Assembly: GCF_963921235.1 (NCBI RefSeq)
Contig: NC_086102.1
Coordinates: forward strand, 54,374,001 to 54,438,000
DNA length: 64,000 nucleotides
Direction of reading: 5' to 3'
Source of the DNA: Mobula hypostoma
Lineage: Eukaryota
This document shows positions 61,620 through 64,000 of this stretch, piece by piece (within the stretch, counting starts at the first letter, position 1; each line of letters starts with the position of its first letter). Under the pieces are notes generated by a model. The model made no database searches. It saw only the letters and a list, made by a program, of their open reading frames with translations, and was not told the DNA's origin. A program made the translations under genes and the position numbers.

Positions 61620-62772
61620 AAGTACCAGAGGATTGGAGGGTTGCAAATGTTGTTCCCTTGTTCAAGAAAGGGAGTAGAGATAACTCAGGAAATTATAGAC
61701 CAGTGAGTCTGACTTCAGTGGTTGGAGAAGATCCTGAGAGCAGGATTTGAGCATTTGGAGAGACATGATCTGATTAGGGATAGTCAGCATGGCTTTGTCA
61801 AGAGCAGGTCATGCCTTAGGAGCCTGATTGACTTACGAGTCATTCCTGCCTGTGGCCATCAAACTTTACAACTCCTCCCTTGGAGGATCAGACATCCTGA
61901 GCCAATAGGCTGGTCCTGGATTTATTTCATAATTTACTGGCATAATTTACATATTACTATTTAACTGTTATGGATCTATTACTAATTATTATTCATGGTG
62001 CAACTGTAACGAAAACCAATTTCCCCCGCGATCAATAAAGTATGACTATGACTATGACTATGACTATTGAATTCTTTGAGGAAGTAACAAAACACATTGA
62101 TGAAGGTAGAGCAGTAGATGTAGTCTATATGGATTTCAGTAAGGCATTTGATAAGGTTCCCCATACAAGACTCCTTCAGAAAGTAAGGAGGCATGGGATC
62201 CAAGGAGACTTTGCTTCGTGGATCCAGAACTGGCTTGCCCACAGAAGACAAAGGGTGGTTGTAGATGGTTTATTCTGTACATGGAGGTCGGTGACCAGTG
62301 GTGTTCTACAGGGATTTGTTCTGGGACCCCTCCTCTTTTTGATTTTTATAAATGACCTGGATGAAGAAGTAGAAAGGTGGGTTAGTAACTTTGCTGATGA
62401 CACAAAAGTTGGGGGTGTGGTGGATAGTCTGGAGGGTTGTCAGTGGTTACAGTGGGACGTAGATAGGATGCAGAACTGGGCTGAGAAGTGGCAGATGGAC
62501 TTCAACCCAGATAAGTGTGAAGTGGTTCATTTTGGTAGGTCCAATTTGAAGATAGAATTTAATATAAATGGTAAGATTCTTGGCAGTGTGGAGGATTTGA
62601 GAGACCTTGGGGTCCGTGTTGATAGGACGCTCAAAGCTGCTGCGCAGGTTGACAGTCTTTTTAAGAAGGTGTATGCTGTGTTGGCATTCATCAACCATGG
62701 GACTGAGTTCAAGAGCTGTGAGGTAATGCTACAGCTATATAAGACCTTGGTCAGACCCCACTTGGAGTACCA
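61620..62772 (+). mobile_element. CR1 ORF2 RT fragment with a short LINE tail inserted at about 61840-62067
   Basis: EDWRVANVVPLFKKG; YMDFSKAFDKVPH, NFADD (ORF 62042..62857). Confidence 0.85.
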
Positions 62773-62774
62773 TT

Positions 62775-63348
62775 CACAACATGCTGGAGGAACTCAGCAG
62801 GTCAGGCAGCATCCGTGGACGCGAACAGTCTACGTTTTGGGCCGAGACCCTTCGTAAGGACTGAAGAGGGAGGGGCAGGGGCCCTACAAAGAAGGTGGGG
62901 GGAGGGTGGGAAGGAGAAGGTAGGTTCCAGGTGAAAAACCAGTAAGGGGAATGATCAAGGGGTGGGGGAAGGGAAGCAGGGAGGGGATAGGCAGGAAAGG
63001 TGAAGAAGGAATAGAGGAAAGCACAATGGCTAGTAGAAGGAGGCGGAACCATGAGGGAGGGGATAGGCAGCTGGAGGAGGGGGCAGCATGAAACGGATGG
63101 GGGAAGGGAGGGGGAGGAAATTACTGGAAGCTGGAGAATTCAATGTTCATGCCAAGGGGCTGGAGACTACCCAGACGGTATATGAGGTGTTGCTTCTCCA
63201 ACCTGAGTCTGGCCTCGTCATGGCAATAGAGGAGGCCATGTATGGACATATCCGAATGGGAATGGGCAACCGGGAGATCCTGTCTGTTTTGGCGGATGGA
63301 GCGGAGGTGCTCGATGAAGCGGTCCCCCAATCTGCGTCGGGTTCCACC
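62775..63348 (-). mobile_element. Penelope-like element 3' end with GIY-YIG endonuclease C-terminus
   Basis: TRRRLGDRFIEHLRS...RLRLEKQHLIYRLGSLQPLGMNIEFS; decayed hammerhead at 62827-62862. Confidence 0.85.
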
Positions 63349-63721
63349 GAGGATCAGCTATTCTGGAACGGGTGTTTTGCAATAAACCAGAATTGATTAG
63401 AGACTTTAAGGTAAAAAAATCCTTAGGGGAAATTAATCTATGGAATTTGTTGCCATAGGCAGCTATGAAGGCAGTTTTATGTATATTTAATGCAGACGTT
63501 GATAGATTCTTGATTGTTAGGGCATGATGAGATATGGGGTGAAGGCAGATTATTGGGGCTGAGAGGAAAACTGATGAAATGGTGCAGCAGACTCGATGGG
63601 AAAATGGCCTAATTCTGCTCCTATATCTAATGGTCTTATCGTCTTTGTTACATCCTCAAAGAATTCAATCAGGCTCATAAGGCATGACCTTCCCCTCAGA
63701 AAATTTTGTAAACACAGAAAC

Positions 63722-64000
63722 AGAAAATAGGTGCAGGAGTAGGCCATTCGGCCCTTCGAGCCTGCACTGCCATTCAGTATGATCATGGCTGATCATCCAA
63801 CTCAGAACCCTGTACCTGCCTTCTCTCCATACCCCCTGATCCCTTTAGCCACAAGGGCCATATCTAACTCCCTCTTAAATATAGCCAATGAACTGGCCTC
63901 AACTGTTTCCTGTGGCAGAGAATTCCACAGATTCACCACTCCCTGTGTGAAGAAGTTTTTCCTCATCTCGGTCCTAAAAGGCTTCCCCTTTATCCTCAAA
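63722..64000 (-). mobile_element. Young CR1 3' end (runs off the window)
   Basis: KPFRTEMRKNFFTQGVVNLWNSLP; near-identical to 26600-26860. Confidence 0.9.

Overview
Eukaryotic (vertebrate) genomic DNA. The repeat landscape (CR1 with esterase-type ORF1, V-SINE/HE1-like SINE, Rex-Babar, Tx1, RTE, Penelope-like elements, PNMA-like Gypsy) points to a cartilaginous fish, probably a ray; this is inference. Most of the window is nested, decayed transposons. These include two LTR-bounded Gypsy elements (5278-10307, 16921-25909), a hAT/Charlie relic, an RNase H-bearing I/Nimb-group LINE, a young Tx1 LINE inserted in a Rex-Babar LINE, a solo LTR and several MITEs. One host gene can be built on the minus strand (52439 to about 37230). 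It has a signal-peptide exon, one CEACAM/CD2-type V-set Ig exon and a transmembrane exon, all joined in phase 1 with canonical splice sites. Two more tentative cytoplasmic exons would create a C-terminal ITIM (LSYVEV) whose Tyr codon is split by an intron. The second main signal is a Penelope-derived short element carrying a minimal type I hammerhead ribozyme. It is inserted five times as a fold-back (inverted) structure, including a perfect 309-bp palindrome. All coordinates were read by eye, and no searches were run.
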